Shown here: piece by piece, positions 37,078-48,132 of the stretch
Layout: each line of letters starts with the position of its first letter
How positions within the stretch are numbered: position 1 is the first letter of the stretch
From: a phage
Direction: 5' to 3' (one strand)
Sequence record: PZ445134.1
Length of the DNA: 64,000 bases
Made by a program: the position numbers and the translations under genes
Notes under the pieces: model-generated
Databases searched by the model: none
Seen by the model: the letters and a program-made list of their open reading frames with translations, nothing else
What the model was told of the DNA's origin: nothing

Positions 37078-39789
37078 TCAAAAATCGAACATATCGAAAA
37101 GAGATGCTTTCTTCTCGTAATCGAGTTTCGCTGCTGATGTGAATCCTTCAAGTGGTTTAATAAATGTCTTCTCAAGGAGAACAGTGTAGTCCATCCAATG
37201 AAGTACGTCGTCTTTAATTAAATCTGTGATTTCAGTACCGGAAGGCCATGCGATACATTTATCACCGAATGGGTTTCCTTCACGTAAAGGCAGAACATAT
37301 ACTTTTTCACCTTCTACAACTTGCGGTGCATCGATATTACCTTTGATAGCACGGTTATACGTCAGAATTCCACGAATATGGAATGGGCATTTGGGACCAG
37401 GGAATCCACCTACATCATATTTAGCAATGTTATTCGCAGAAGATACTGACGCGATGCTAATATAATTCAATTGACGGAATTCTTTTTCAAACTCTTTAAA
37501 ATATTCTTGTAATGATTCTTCACCTTCTTGAAGCATACGACGAATACATTCTTTAAGAGCTTTCTGTACTGCTTTAGGAGTCGAAGATTTCTGAGTCTCT
37601 AGACCCATGATTTTGAGTTTAGGCTCAGCGTAACGAGTACCTTCCATATCCCACACGTTTAATGCATAACGTTTCTTACCAGTCCAGAATCCACCAATAC
37701 CTTTAGAACCGAGTGGAGGCCCAGCGATAGCTTCTCGGTCCATGAACATTAAGTGTTGTTTATTGTTCATGTATTCACACATTTCACGGAAACCTCTATC
37801 AATAGCTGGTTCCATACGTTCACGTGCAAACTTATCTAAGAAGTCTACCCAATGGTTGGTATCACGGAATTTAGATTCACCAACCTTATCGATAATTTTA
37901 TCAGCAGATACGTAAATAGAGTCTGTATCACCATAAAGAACGAAAGCTTCACCTTCTGTGCCACAAACTTCATTCAGATATTCATTAACTTTACGTTCAA
38001 TCCACTGTAAAGCCATTTGCCCGAATGTTGTGATTGCAGTAGCATTACGCAAATCGTAATAACGGAACCAAACGTTGCCAAGTGCACCATAAAGTGAGTT
38101 GATAAGCAATTTACGGTTAATTTGGGCAGTCATACCTGCAACTTCAGTACGTTGAGCTCTAAACAACATTTCATTAAGAGATTTAGCAGACAACTTTTTA
38201 ATCTTTTCTTTAATCTCATCGCTGAAGTCGAAACGATAATCAACATCTAATGGTCCGTCAACAGAAAGATTAGGATTATGCAATGCCTCTTTAATTATTT
38301 CACCATTACGTTGAGCCGCAAGCATGTAACCTTTATGTTCTTTACGTTGATTAAAGACTTTAGTGATTTCAGTTGGAACAACACCGTCACGGTCTTTATA
38401 ATACATCATGCCGTTAGGAGAACAACTGTACACATCTGAAGGACGTTCAGCAACAGCGTTAATATAATCATGCAATGGAGCTACTTTAAACGTTCCTGCT
38501 ATTGTTTCTGGGCTAATATTCACTTGGCGAATAATACTTGGATACAGAGATGTAAGGTCGAAACTCATTACGTATTTGTATCGATTTGGAATAGGTTCCT
38601 TAACAAAAGCGCCGGGATAAGGTTGAACCGGGTGAGAACGACCTTGTGGAATCACCTTGTTCTGCTCTTTAAGGCTATTAAAAATAATAGCATCCCATGT
38701 TTTAATTGGGCTAAACACAGATTGAATCTGTATCTTAGCATAATAACCCATGTCCAAGCTCAAGTTAATGAACTGACGTTTAGCATCAATTTGCAATACA
38801 CGATACACGTCGATAATGTTATAAGAAATATATCGTTGGTGATTGCTTTCACGAAGCTTAGAAATAGGGCCGTCATATTTCAGTTTACCAACGTTCAATT
38901 CAAATTCTGAAATGTAATCCAGAGAATATGACGGTTGATTGGTAAAAGAGAATTTTTTGTAAAGGTCAATGTAATCAAGAACAGAGATACCGAACAATGT
39001 AATGATTTCACGAGAACCATACATGTTTTCGATAACTTTAACACGAGTTTTACGATGTGGTGATAAACGTTTCGCAGTAGATTCGCCAAAAATATTCTTG
39101 ATTCGGTTATACACATATGGAATATCAAATGACTCAACGTTCCATCCAGTCAAAATGACAGGAGTTTTCTGTTGCCAGAAGTTGAGATATTCCATCAACA
39201 ATTCTTTTTCGTTATCGAACGGCATATAAATGATTTTATCGATAATTTCGGATGGGACTTCATCACCGCCTTGTTCTTGAAGCTTAGCCGCAATTTCGAT
39301 AGACCATTCTTCCACATTCCCGTATGGAGAATTCAAAAGGTCAAATACGTAGAACCTGTCGTCAATTGAGTCATAATGAGTGATAGCATCAATCGGATGT
39401 TTTGCTTGTGACGGCTCAGGGAACCCGTCTGGAGATGTTACTTCGATGTCGAAGTTAGCCACACGAATTTTTGTATGGTCGTATTTGATTTCATAGTTAT
39501 AAGTGTCAGACAAATACGCCAATTTGAAATCGTCCATGCCAAGTGCTTCAAGTCCGATATCTTCCATGCGTTTAATCCATTGGGAGGCATCACGCATATT
39601 GGCGAACAACTTACGAGTACACGGCTTACCGTAGATATCGAAATATTTCGTAGCCTGACTTTCCGGACAATGAGCAAACAGTGATGGTTTATATTCTACT
39701 TCACGAGTACGTTCACGGCCGTTAGAATCGATGTAACGTTCAAAAATTGAATCACCAATCTGTTCAACCGTTAAGTAAAATTCTTTCAT
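37078..39789 (-). CDS. 43: DNA polymerase (family B)
   Basis: 903 aa; exo motif FDIEV, pol motifs KLLINSLYG and YGDTDS; N-terminus MKEFYLTVEQIGDSIFERYIDSNGRER reads like RB69-type gp43 as recalled. Confidence 0.95.
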   Translation of the reverse strand: MKEFYLTVEQIGDSIFERYIDSNGRERTREVEYKPSLFAHCPESQATKYFDIYGKPCTRKLFANMRDASQWIKRMEDIGLEALGMDDFKLAYLSDTYNYEIKYDHTKIRVANFDIEVTSPDGFPEPSQAKHPIDAITHYDSIDDRFYVFDLLNSPYGNVEEWSIEIAAKLQEQGGDEVPSEIIDKIIYMPFDNEKELLMEYLNFWQQKTPVILTGWNVESFDIPYVYNRIKNIFGESTAKRLSPHRKTRVKVIENMYGSREIITLFGISVLDYIDLYKKFSFTNQPSYSLDYISEFELNVGKLKYDGPISKLRESNHQRYISYNIIDVYRVLQIDAKRQFINLSLDMGYYAKIQIQSVFSPIKTWDAIIFNSLKEQNKVIPQGRSHPVQPYPGAFVKEPIPNRYKYVMSFDLTSLYPSIIRQVNISPETIAGTFKVAPLHDYINAVAERPSDVYSCSPNGMMYYKDRDGVVPTEITKVFNQRKEHKGYMLAAQRNGEIIKEALHNPNLSVDGPLDVDYRFDFSDEIKEKIKKLSAKSLNEMLFRAQRTEVAGMTAQINRKLLINSLYGALGNVWFRYYDLRNATAITTFGQMALQWIERKVNEYLNEVCGTEGEAFVLYGDTDSIYVSADKIIDKVGESKFRDTNHWVDFLDKFARERMEPAIDRGFREMCEYMNNKQHLMFMDREAIAGPPLGSKGIGGFWTGKKRYALNVWDMEGTRYAEPKLKIMGLETQKSSTPKAVQKALKECIRRMLQEGEESLQEYFKEFEKEFRQLNYISIASVSSANNIAKYDVGGFPGPKCPFHIRGILTYNRAIKGNIDAPQVVEGEKVYVLPLREGNPFGDKCIAWPSGTEITDLIKDDVLHWMDYTVLLEKTFIKPLEGFTSAAKLDYEKKASLFDMFDF

Positions 39790-39870
39790 TTAATTTCCTT
39801 TAGACGAGTTATTGTCTTTTGTTTGTTGATGAACTTATTATACTCCAAATGGGACCGAAGTCCCATTGCT

Positions 39871-40248
39871 TTAATTACCAATTGTATATTTTGCTTTCAA
39901 AGTCCAGTCATCTTTCTGTTTAAAAGAGATAACACGGAAGTTATTAGTCAGGCCAAACAGATCTTCACGAGCAGAGTCTTCAATAACAATCAATCCCCAG
40001 TCTTCAAGCAACTGAGCAATCGAATCACGTCGTTGATAGTCTTCACCATCAATATCAACCTGACGTCCGTCCATACGCAGCATTTCTTTAAAGTGGACGA
40101 TGTAATATTTACCTTGCTTTTGGAGGATATGACAAGACTGGTAAAGGACTTTATCCTTGTTATTAGCGATGCCCATACGGGTCAAAGTCTCTTTGACTTT
40201 CAGAAAATCTTCAGGGTTCTTCAATTTAATTTCAATCATTTTTACCAT
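39871..40248 (-). CDS. regA: RegA translational repressor
   Basis: 125 aa; ...[47 protein letters not shown]... matches T4 RegA as recalled. Confidence 0.85.
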   Translation of the reverse strand: MVKMIEIKLKNPEDFLKVKETLTRMGIANNKDKVLYQSCHILQKQGKYYIVHFKEMLRMDGRQVDIDGEDYQRRDSIAQLLEDWGLIVIEDSAREDLFGLTNNFRVISFKQKDDWTLKAKYTIGN

Positions 40249-40805
40249 TCCAATGCTAATTTTTTAAATTGTTTTTGTTCTTTCACATTTTTTGTAACTT
40301 CTTTGAGAAACTCATCAGTGACCATGGCCTTCAGTTCTTTAAGGACTATTGGCAACTTGTTATTTTTTTCAAGGAGCCGCTTATACTCAGTAGCATCATT
40401 CATGTTGATTGTGTAATGTTTCATCAACAGTTTGATAACTAGTAACTCTGAAGTGTCTTCGACTAGTTTAGCCCATTTAGAGAATCGACGACCACGTGGA
40501 ATTGCCGCCATCATATAGTTGAAGTGCGCTTCATCACTTAATTCAGAACCGACTAAGTTCATCATGTAAACAGCTGGCATACATTCTGGGAACTGGGATA
40601 ATGAGTTCTCAACCATAAATTTTGAATAGTCGACCTGAGCAATTGACATAGATTTCTTTTCATTAATAGCATTAATGATTTTAAAGAATTCATTCTCAGG
40701 TTTTTCTTTAAACATATCAGCACATTTTTGAATCGCATCAGCGTCATTAGACTTCCATGCAATTTGGTGCTCGTTAAGCTGGACGTCATCATCGAATAAG
40801 TTCAT
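40242..40805 (-). CDS. 62: clamp loader small subunit
   Basis: 187 aa (T4 gp62 187); synteny 44-62-regA. Confidence 0.75.
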   Translation of the reverse strand: MNLFDDDVQLNEHQIAWKSNDADAIQKCADMFKEKPENEFFKIINAINEKKSMSIAQVDYSKFMVENSLSQFPECMPAVYMMNLVGSELSDEAHFNYMMAAIPRGRRFSKWAKLVEDTSELLVIKLLMKHYTINMNDATEYKRLLEKNNKLPIVLKELKAMVTDEFLKEVTKNVKEQKQFKKLALEW

Positions 40806-40806
40806 A

Positions 40807-41769
40807 TTATTTCCAAGTCAGTTCGCAGGTCAGTTGAAGAAGCATATACATAACATGTAATTCAATATTACTTGCTAATCCATGAAACTTATTGTTTTCG
40901 CCTGCAATTTCATAAAGCGAAATAATACTTTTACCAGGTGCAACTTGGTCATAACATTCTGAAACTAATTTATCGATGAACCATGAATAATCTGCGGCAT
41001 ATTTTGGAGCTAATGCACGAAGCTGTTTGATATCTTTGTTCTTCATTGCTTCGATAACATCAGAGACTGTGCCACGGTCATTAGTTACGATAGACAAAAT
41101 ACCAGCATCAAGAACACCTTTAGACGAGTACTGGTCTAATTGGCCAATTGTGCGACGAAAGTCCGGGAAGTTCTTTTTAACCAGAGCTGCAACAACTTTC
41201 ATATCAGCGATTTCGATATTTTCGTTCTTACAAATTTCAACCATACGATGAATCATTTTCTTCATCATCGATATTTTATCTTCTTCGGTTGGACGTCCGA
41301 ATTCGATAACTCGACAACGACTACGTAATGGTTCAATAATTCCATCGATGTTGTTAGCAGTAATAATAATAGAGCAGTTACTAGAGAATTCTTCCATAAA
41401 CGTACGAAGGTGACGTTGTGATTCGGCGAGGCCACTACGGTCAAATTCATCAATAACAATAACTTTCGGCTTGCCTTCCATTGAGACTGAACGAGCGAAT
41501 GCGGTTAACGGTCCCCGTACAAAATCAATCTTACAATCAGAACCGTTGACGAACATCATTTCGGCATTGATATCATTACATAATGCTTTTGCTACGGTTG
41601 TTTTACCTGTACCAGGAGAAGGAGAGTGCAAAATAATATGAGGAAGTTTTCCTTTAGATACTAAAGACTTGAATGTTTCATGGTCATACGCAGGCAGAAT
41701 ACATTCGTCAATGGAAGAAGGACGATATTTCTGTTCTAGAATGTGTTCTTTGGAATTGATAGTAATCAT
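40807..41769 (-). CDS. 44: clamp loader AAA+ ATPase subunit
   Basis: 320 aa; Walker [10 protein letters not shown]; synteny. Confidence 0.9.
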   Translation of the reverse strand: MITINSKEHILEQKYRPSSIDECILPAYDHETFKSLVSKGKLPHIILHSPSPGTGKTTVAKALCNDINAEMMFVNGSDCKIDFVRGPLTAFARSVSMEGKPKVIVIDEFDRSGLAESQRHLRTFMEEFSSNCSIIITANNIDGIIEPLRSRCRVIEFGRPTEEDKISMMKKMIHRMVEICKNENIEIADMKVVAALVKKNFPDFRRTIGQLDQYSSKGVLDAGILSIVTNDRGTVSDVIEAMKNKDIKQLRALAPKYAADYSWFIDKLVSECYDQVAPGKSIISLYEIAGENNKFHGLASNIELHVMYMLLQLTCELTWK

Positions 41770-41844
41770 GTAATTTTCCTCATTAACATTAAACTGGAGG
41801 ATTTCTCCTCCATAATCATATCACAATAAACGTAAAGCTTTGAC

Positions 41845-42531
41845 TTAGAAGTCGTGAGTAGAATCGGCTTCCATTGCAATAACATAACTTACTTGAGAGC
41901 TTTCAAACTTGGCTGCAACTTTATCACCAGCTCCCCACAACATTACTTTATAGTTACCCGGCTGAATTTTCATATTAGCCATATTGATTACGAAGTTAAA
42001 GTTATTAGAACCATCATAATCGGTAAGAGTCAAAGAATACTTAGGACGAGTTAGTCCGGAATCTTCAACTTTATTATAGCCATTGATAACAATTTTACCA
42101 TCTTTATTTGTAATAGCAATTGTATCAATCTGAAGACCACGTGAAACTCGAAGCAATTGTTGAAGGTCTTCAGCTTTAATTTCAGTAATCACAGAAGCCA
42201 CTGGGAATTGAATTGGCTTATTAGGAAAAACAATGGTGCTCTTGTCAGCGGCAGGCCAATAAACCGTGGAACGTGTATCTGCAATTTTAATATTGCCATC
42301 GGTGTGCATTGAAATTTCAGCATCATCAGACACTAGACTCAAAATGCTTAAGAAGCTATTCAAATCATAAAGTGCTACGTCAAAATCAATTTCATCAGAG
42401 ATATTTGCTTCCGCATAAGTGGTGCCATTAACTGCACGAGTCATAATAAATTTACCTTGACTCAGCAGAATGCCGGAGTTAATAGAGGCAAAGTTTTTCA
42501 GAATAGCGATAGTATCTTTAGTCAGTTTCAT
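41845..42531 (-). CDS. 45: sliding clamp
   Basis: ORF track 41845..42546; start at MKLTKDT gives 228 aa as T4 gp45; sequence matches T4 gp45 as recalled. Confidence 0.85.
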   Translation of the reverse strand: MKLTKDTIAILKNFASINSGILLSQGKFIMTRAVNGTTYAEANISDEIDFDVALYDLNSFLSILSLVSDDAEISMHTDGNIKIADTRSTVYWPAADKSTIVFPNKPIQFPVASVITEIKAEDLQQLLRVSRGLQIDTIAITNKDGKIVINGYNKVEDSGLTRPKYSLTLTDYDGSNNFNFVINMANMKIQPGNYKVMLWGAGDKVAAKFESSQVSYVIAMEADSTHDF

Positions 42532-42573
42532 TTTATTTCCTTTCAAGACAATTCAAAGTTTATAACAAATTTA

Positions 42574-42990
42574 TTATGCAGCAACCATTTGCTTTTTAAT
42601 AGCTTCAGGCAGTGATTCAATATATTCTGGAATTTTAGAAGCAACAATTTCGCCAGCTGCAATTAGTTGTTCGTCGGCATCAACACAGTAGAAATCTTCC
42701 AGACGCTCAGAACCATCTTTATCAAGAACGATTTTTCCGCCGGCTTCAATAGAATCTTTATAGTGCTTACGCATCAGATGAATCCACATATCAGATACAT
42801 CGTTATCAATAAAACCATAAATCATAAAACGAGTTTCTTGTGGCAAAGATTGGAGTTTTTTAGCACTTGCGTCATCACAATGCAGGACCCATGCTTTACG
42901 AACACGATTATGGTTATGTGGGTTAGCGTCAGTACGGATAGAAGTAACTTTCAGATCAGCAGCAGTGAAACCTTTAGCAGTAGTAAACAT
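42574..42990 (-). CDS. rpbA: hypothetical protein (138 aa), rpbA position
   Basis: located between 45 and 46 as T4 rpbA; symbol by position only. Confidence 0.45.
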   Translation of the reverse strand: MFTTAKGFTAADLKVTSIRTDANPHNHNRVRKAWVLHCDDASAKKLQSLPQETRFMIYGFIDNDVSDMWIHLMRKHYKDSIEAGGKIVLDKDGSERLEDFYCVDADEQLIAAGEIVASKIPEYIESLPEAIKKQMVAA

Positions 42991-43002
42991 ATTATTTCTC
43001 TC

Positions 43003-43203
43003 TTATTCGTAGAAGTCGGTAACTGTCCATGCGGAATTGCGATTAGACATTATTTTATTATACTCATCTTTAAAAGCAGATTTGAGCATTTGTTCAGTAA
43101 CAATATGTTCTTCACCTGAAAACGTATTGGTCAAAACATATTTTTTAATTTCAGGGACAACGAGAAGATGTTGGCCAGTTGAATACTCCATGTTGTTCTC
43201 CAT
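43003..43203 (-). CDS. hypothetical protein (66 aa)
   Basis: ORF track. Confidence 0.4.
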   Translation of the reverse strand: MENNMEYSTGQHLLVVPEIKKYVLTNTFSGEEHIVTEQMLKSAFKDEYNKIMSNRNSAWTVTDFYE

Positions 43204-43245
43204 TTAATTTGATGTGGTCATTATAACCACATCGTGTTAAAGCAT

Positions 43246-44934
43246 TTATGAAACAGTCATTACCGTAAATCGTCCAACTTTGCTCATTTGAAGATGTTGT
43301 CCATACCGTTGAGGGTCATGGTCTCGATGAGAGATAATGAACACATTAGTATTTTGTAAACTTCCGAGAATGGTATCTATAGCCTTAACAGCCTCAGAAT
43401 CGACAGCACCATCAAAAACCTCATCAAGAATCAGAGTGTTGATTTTAACACCGGAGACCTTTTCAGCAATATCTCGCCATGTAAACAACAATGCGATATC
43501 GATACGTGCCTTTTCACCTTGACTAAATGAAGCATAACTAAAATCTTCACGACCACGTGATTTTATAGATTCATTGAATTCTTCGTCAATAGAAAACACG
43601 TAATCAGCTTCCATGATTTTAAGATAATGGTTAATCTGCTTATTGAACAGAGGCACATATTTTTTAATGATAGCACCTTTAATACCAGAATCTTTTAACA
43701 TATCTGTGATAATACCACGATGGTATTTTTCAAGAACGATATCTGATTTTGTTTTAACGATTTTATCAAGTTCTTTTTGAAGCAAAGCTATCTCATCGGC
43801 ATGGTCGATAAATTCTGCCGAGGCTTGTTCTATTGCAGCTTTAACTTTCTTAGCTTTATCAATAGTGGCAATCATTGCTTGTTTCTTGGTACGAATATCA
43901 GATGCAAGGTCCTGTTTAGTCTTAACATTAGCTCTATATTCGTCCACTAGGACACTCAGATTATCTCTGTGACATGTAAGTTGCTCGAATGAGTTATTAC
44001 ATTCGTGAAGCTTATCGGTAATCTTAGAGACAATAGGATCACCCTGGTGCAACTGTGATGCACAAGTAGGACACGTACCACCATCATGATACATCTTAAT
44101 AACTTTGTTATACGAGTCAATTTTAGATTTAATCAAGAATGCTTCTTGTCCTATCTTGTTAAATGCCTCAGTAGGGTCTTCATCAAGAACGATATTAAGT
44201 AGTCGCTCATTAGCTTCTTCGATTTCTGCTTTTAATGAACGAGCTTCTTTGGCTAGGTCGTCATACATATTCTGTAGACGCGCTACATTATCACCAGATA
44301 ATTTCTTTTGACGTTCGATATTCTCGTTATAAATCTTAATTTGTTGGATAACACCATCTTTCTTGGCATCGAGAACTTGTCCCTGGGAATTAAGTTCTCG
44401 AACTTGAGACTTATTGATTTTATCCATTTCAGCGAGTGTGCCGACTTCTAAAAGGTCTTCGACAAGTTTTCTGCGAGCAGGGGTGCTAAGAGCCATGAAA
44501 GGGGTATACCCTGCCGTCCCAAGCACAACGATTTGTTTAAAAGACGCGTATGACATTCCGATGCTACGTTCAAATTCTTCTTGGAAGTCACGACTGCTGG
44601 CAGATTCATCAAGACGAACACCGTCAACGGAGATTTCGAAAATATTGGGCTTTTGGCCACGTTTAATGAAGTATTTTTTATCATCGAATTCCATCCAAAG
44701 CTCAACTAAGAGCCCTTTCTTGTTCGTGCTATTAATGATTTGCCCTTTCTTAACGTCACGAAATGGTTTACCGAAAAGTCCGAAAGTAACGGCTTCTAAC
44801 ATCGTAGATTTACCACCACCATTTTTACCAGTGATTAATGTCTTTTGGACTTTATCTAATTGGATATCAATAGGATTCCCGCCTACCGACATGATGTTTT
44901 GATAACGAACACGATTTAATTTAAATGATTTCAT
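43246..44934 (-). CDS. 46: recombination endonuclease subunit (Rad50/SbcC-like)
   Basis: 562 aa; Walker A GKNGGGKST; central coiled-coil with CxxC hook (CPTC); synteny. Confidence 0.9.
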   Translation of the reverse strand: MKSFKLNRVRYQNIMSVGGNPIDIQLDKVQKTLITGKNGGGKSTMLEAVTFGLFGKPFRDVKKGQIINSTNKKGLLVELWMEFDDKKYFIKRGQKPNIFEISVDGVRLDESASSRDFQEEFERSIGMSYASFKQIVVLGTAGYTPFMALSTPARRKLVEDLLEVGTLAEMDKINKSQVRELNSQGQVLDAKKDGVIQQIKIYNENIERQKKLSGDNVARLQNMYDDLAKEARSLKAEIEEANERLLNIVLDEDPTEAFNKIGQEAFLIKSKIDSYNKVIKMYHDGGTCPTCASQLHQGDPIVSKITDKLHECNNSFEQLTCHRDNLSVLVDEYRANVKTKQDLASDIRTKKQAMIATIDKAKKVKAAIEQASAEFIDHADEIALLQKELDKIVKTKSDIVLEKYHRGIITDMLKDSGIKGAIIKKYVPLFNKQINHYLKIMEADYVFSIDEEFNESIKSRGREDFSYASFSQGEKARIDIALLFTWRDIAEKVSGVKINTLILDEVFDGAVDSEAVKAIDTILGSLQNTNVFIISHRDHDPQRYGQHLQMSKVGRFTVMTVS

Positions 44935-45185
44935 ATGTATTCTCTTCGAATGAAGTCCTCTACATATTTTAACATGTCATCTCTATCAGCAAAATATTCA
45001 TCTAGTTCTGCATACATAACAACACCTGGCGCGTACTCACAGGTAACATACATTGTTCCAAAGAAACGAGGAGTTGATTCCTCGTAATTCTCAGTCCATT
45101 CAACGACGCCAATATAACCGTCACCAATACTAAATTCATGACGATGGATTTCATAATCAGTCTTCGTCATTATACGCGTCCTCAA
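44931..45185 (-). CDS. hypothetical protein (84 aa)
   Basis: ORF track; 4-nt overlap with gene 46 start. Confidence 0.45.
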   Translation of the reverse strand: MRTRIMTKTDYEIHRHEFSIGDGYIGVVEWTENYEESTPRFFGTMYVTCEYAPGVVMYAELDEYFADRDDMLKYVEDFIRREYI

Positions 45186-45414
45186 TACACGCTTCAGCCA
45201 TTTTAAGAATAGAGCCAGGAGTATCGTTGTCCATTATATTAAAGCTAAATTCAACAGCCCAGTCGGTGCAGACATGAACTGCTTTAACTTCATTACCTTC
45301 AACGCGTAATGGCTCAATCCAATACTTGATAGTGTTCTCGAATCCATCATCATCTTTAACGTCCATTTCAACTTCAAGCCTGAGTCCAGCATTGTTAAAT
45401 TCATCTAAAGTCAT
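45157..45414 (-). CDS. hypothetical acidic protein (85 aa)
   Basis: ORF track. Confidence 0.45.
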   Translation of the reverse strand: MTLDEFNNAGLRLEVEMDVKDDDGFENTIKYWIEPLRVEGNEVKAVHVCTDWAVEFSFNIMDNDTPGSILKMAEACIEDAYNDED

Positions 45415-46430
45415 TGTGTTGCCTCAATATAAAGTTCGTTGGAATATTTGACCAGCGCTTCTCTGTCTTCGTCTGAGATATCTGGAATCGCGTCAATATA
45501 TTCTTTAATGATATCTTGAAGAGATTTAATCTCGATTTCCTGGTCGTCATCAGATTCAACACTGTTATCAACTTTAGAAACCATACGAAGAGAGTGAACT
45601 ACTTTTTCAAGTTCAGATTCAAACTTAGTCAACTCTGAATCAATTTCTGATACTATAACACGTACGGCTAGATTAGTATAATCAGAATAATTGATTTTGC
45701 CTTTAAACGGATAAGTGATTCGTCGATGCCATGTTGTTTCGTTAGGAATAAATTCCATACGTTCAACATCAGTGTCAAATACCCAAAATCCGCGCGGGTC
45801 GTTCTCATCACCTGCAGTAAGGGTCCATGGTGTCCCAATATATTTGACGTTAGCAGCTTCAGAGATTGTGTGGAAGTGGCCGGACCAGACTTGTTTATAG
45901 GTCTTTAAGAAATCAGGTTCAAGCCCATGAGACTTCATTCCTTTATAGAAATAAAAACCATTCAGTTCCCAGTGCCCAACACAATACGCTGCGGAAGAAG
46001 TCTTGATGTGCTCTAAGATTTCACCTGTATTTTCTTCGCACATCCATGGAACGATATCAATCAGACATCCGTCAAAATCTACAGTAGTTGGATGCTCGTA
46101 AATAGTAAAGTTTTCAAATTGAGTTAACAATTCAGAAACAGTGTTAGGTGTTATTGTATTCTTAAACGCCATGTCATGGTTTCCTATCGTGACATGAACG
46201 TGAATGCCTGCTTTAGAAATCATATCAACGATTTCACGATTGAATTCCATTGTACGATGTGTTATTGCTTTACGGACGTCAAACCAATCACCGTACTGAA
46301 TCCAAGTTTTAATCCCATGTTTCTTAGAGTATTCAATTGCTTGACGAATACCATCACGTTGAATATCTTGAACCCATGGGTCGTCTTGTTTGACTCCGAT
46401 ATGGAAGTCGCCTAAGTGCAAAATTTTCAT
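45411..46430 (-). CDS. 47: recombination endonuclease subunit (Mre11/SbcD-like phosphoesterase)
   Basis: 339 aa (T4 gp47 339); N-terminal MKILHLGDFH phosphoesterase motif. Confidence 0.9.
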   Translation of the reverse strand: MKILHLGDFHIGVKQDDPWVQDIQRDGIRQAIEYSKKHGIKTWIQYGDWFDVRKAITHRTMEFNREIVDMISKAGIHVHVTIGNHDMAFKNTITPNTVSELLTQFENFTIYEHPTTVDFDGCLIDIVPWMCEENTGEILEHIKTSSAAYCVGHWELNGFYFYKGMKSHGLEPDFLKTYKQVWSGHFHTISEAANVKYIGTPWTLTAGDENDPRGFWVFDTDVERMEFIPNETTWHRRITYPFKGKINYSDYTNLAVRVIVSEIDSELTKFESELEKVVHSLRMVSKVDNSVESDDDQEIEIKSLQDIIKEYIDAIPDISDEDREALVKYSNELYIEATQ

Positions 46431-46476
46431 ATTATTTCCTCATTAGTTAATTCATTCTATCATCCGCTTATAAAGC

Positions 46477-46502
46477 AAAAAAAAGGAACTCCGAAGAGTT
46501 CC
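46477..46502 (-). terminator. intrinsic terminator (GGAACUC-UUCG-GAGUUCC + U8)
   Basis: hairpin with UUCG loop followed by UUUUUUUUGC on minus strand. Confidence 0.55.
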
Positions 46503-46675
46503 TATCCACATAGTACACCATACAGAGGCTCATTTGAACTTTTAAATCGAATGGGCTTGTATGTAATAGTTCCTTCGGCTTTAGCTTTATCATAAGACTC
46601 TTTAAAACGCCTCATTCTTTCTGCTTTGCCTTTACGGATTTTATCGAAATTTTCAGAGGTCAGGTCGTTCGTCAT
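46502..46675 (-). CDS. small basic ORF (~57 aa)
   Basis: hand-translated MTNDLTSENFDKIRKGKAERMRRFKESYDKAKAEG...; ends at the terminator; below ORF-track cutoff. Confidence 0.3.
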   Translation of the reverse strand: MTNDLTSENFDKIRKGKAERMRRFKESYDKAKAEGTITYKPIRFKSSNEPLYGVLCG

Positions 46676-46895
46676 GCATAATCACCTCTCAGAAAATACC
46701 TAAATCGATTTCTCTCATCGTTTCCACCATTTCTTAACTTGAAATGAGTCAACCCACACGAGTTGTTTTGGGTCGGCCCTTATAACAGGTGGACAAATTT
46801 CTGTAATAGAACTGTCGTGATATTCCTTTTCAGAGATTTTAACACAAAGAGGACCTCCCAATTTAAGGGTGAACCCTGCGTTCAGCTTAAGACGT

Positions 46896-47219
46896 TTAAA
46901 CTTTGTTTGAACTAGCGCCATTAATGATGTCCTCAATAGCCTGACGAGTAGTAACCCACTGGATTTTAATTAACTTGTCATTATATGGTTGTCGTAGAAT
47001 ATCCCGAGATTTCTTAATAGCATATTCGTAAGCTTCGAAGTTGTTTTGAATTGCTGCTTCTTGAGCATGAGCATAAAGACGGTTTAGTTCAAAACGATTC
47101 TTTTTAAGAATCTTTTCGGATTTTTTACGTGCTTCAGCTTCATTTTTCTTTTGGATTTCTTGTAGCATTTTAGCTACTGCATCTTCTGCTTCTTTATTTT
47201 CAATAATCTCGGTAGTCAT
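46896..47219 (-). CDS. hypothetical protein (107 aa)
   Basis: ORF track. Confidence 0.45.
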   Translation of the reverse strand: MTTEIIENKEAEDAVAKMLQEIQKKNEAEARKKSEKILKKNRFELNRLYAHAQEAAIQNNFEAYEYAIKKSRDILRQPYNDKLIKIQWVTTRQAIEDIINGASSNKV

Positions 47220-47220
47220 A

Positions 47221-47430
47221 TTATCTCATTAAATTAAAATAAAAACGTCCATCCTCTTCAATACAGAACTCATACTCAACCGGAGTCCCATTTATCGAAA
47301 ATGACACGTCATGTGGGTTCAAAGGGTCGATGTCAAAATTAATTTTAAATTCACGACCCAACAGTTTTACCAAATAAGGGATTGCTTCGTCAAAAGGTTC
47401 TTCTAAGTAGTTAGAGATGTCAATTGTCAT
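47221..47430 (-). CDS. hypothetical protein (~69 aa)
   Basis: ORF track 47221..47514; probable internal start overlapping gene 55 stop. Confidence 0.4.
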   Translation of the reverse strand: MTIDISNYLEEPFDEAIPYLVKLLGREFKINFDIDPLNPHDVSFSINGTPVEYEFCIEEDGRFYFNLMR

Positions 47431-47977
47431 CCTCATATAAAAAATCCAAACTAGGCGAATCGCTAACAACTTCCTTCTTTTCAGCCCCAGGAGCTTTATA
47501 AGCGGATTCTTCATAATGCGTCATTTTATCGTAGATGTCTTGAATAAACGTTTCATCTACCAACGCTACCATATCATCGTCATGACTGTCGTAGACGTTA
47601 TGAACGAAGTAACTATATTTCTTTGCAACTTCCTTACGTTCTTTTTTGATACGTTGGACAAAAGCATTAAAACAAGCTCGAGTTATGTATGCATGTGGGT
47701 TATTGTACTTAGTTTCGTCGAAATTATGAAGACCCTTAATAGAGGCTTCAATCCCATCTGCAATCATCTCCTGCTTCCAAGACTGGGTATATCCTGAAAA
47801 GTTGAAACGTTTGGACAGGCCTTCGGCGATAAGCATAATTGCTAAACCGATGGTATCATTCTGACGAATAATTTTGTTTGGGTCTTTATTATTTAAGAGC
47901 TCCTTTTTCCACTCGATTATAGCGGCGAGAAGCTCTTTATTATTCACATAGTTATTTTTAGGTTTTTGTTCAGTCAT
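47420..47977 (-). CDS. 55: late transcription sigma factor gp55
   Basis: 185 aa as T4 gp55; synteny 47...55...nrd. Confidence 0.8.
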   Translation of the reverse strand: MTEQKPKNNYVNNKELLAAIIEWKKELLNNKDPNKIIRQNDTIGLAIMLIAEGLSKRFNFSGYTQSWKQEMIADGIEASIKGLHNFDETKYNNPHAYITRACFNAFVQRIKKERKEVAKKYSYFVHNVYDSHDDDMVALVDETFIQDIYDKMTHYEESAYKAPGAEKKEVVSDSPSLDFLYEDDN

Positions 47978-48132
47978 AAGTACCTCTTAGCTCAATTCAT
48001 AGGTCTATTATATCATAATATTTAGAGACCTATCTTAAAGCACGAGATACTATCAAAGATACATAACTTTCATAAAGTTGTCGACTTAAAATTCACCAAA
48101 CTTTTATTCGGTTATAGTAATTCGAGATAGTT

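Noticed and set aside
46715-46936. 73-aa ORF overlapping the 3' end of the 107-aa gene
   Set aside because: Overlaps the neighbouring gene by 40 nt with no clear RBS at either candidate Met; possibly real but not supportable
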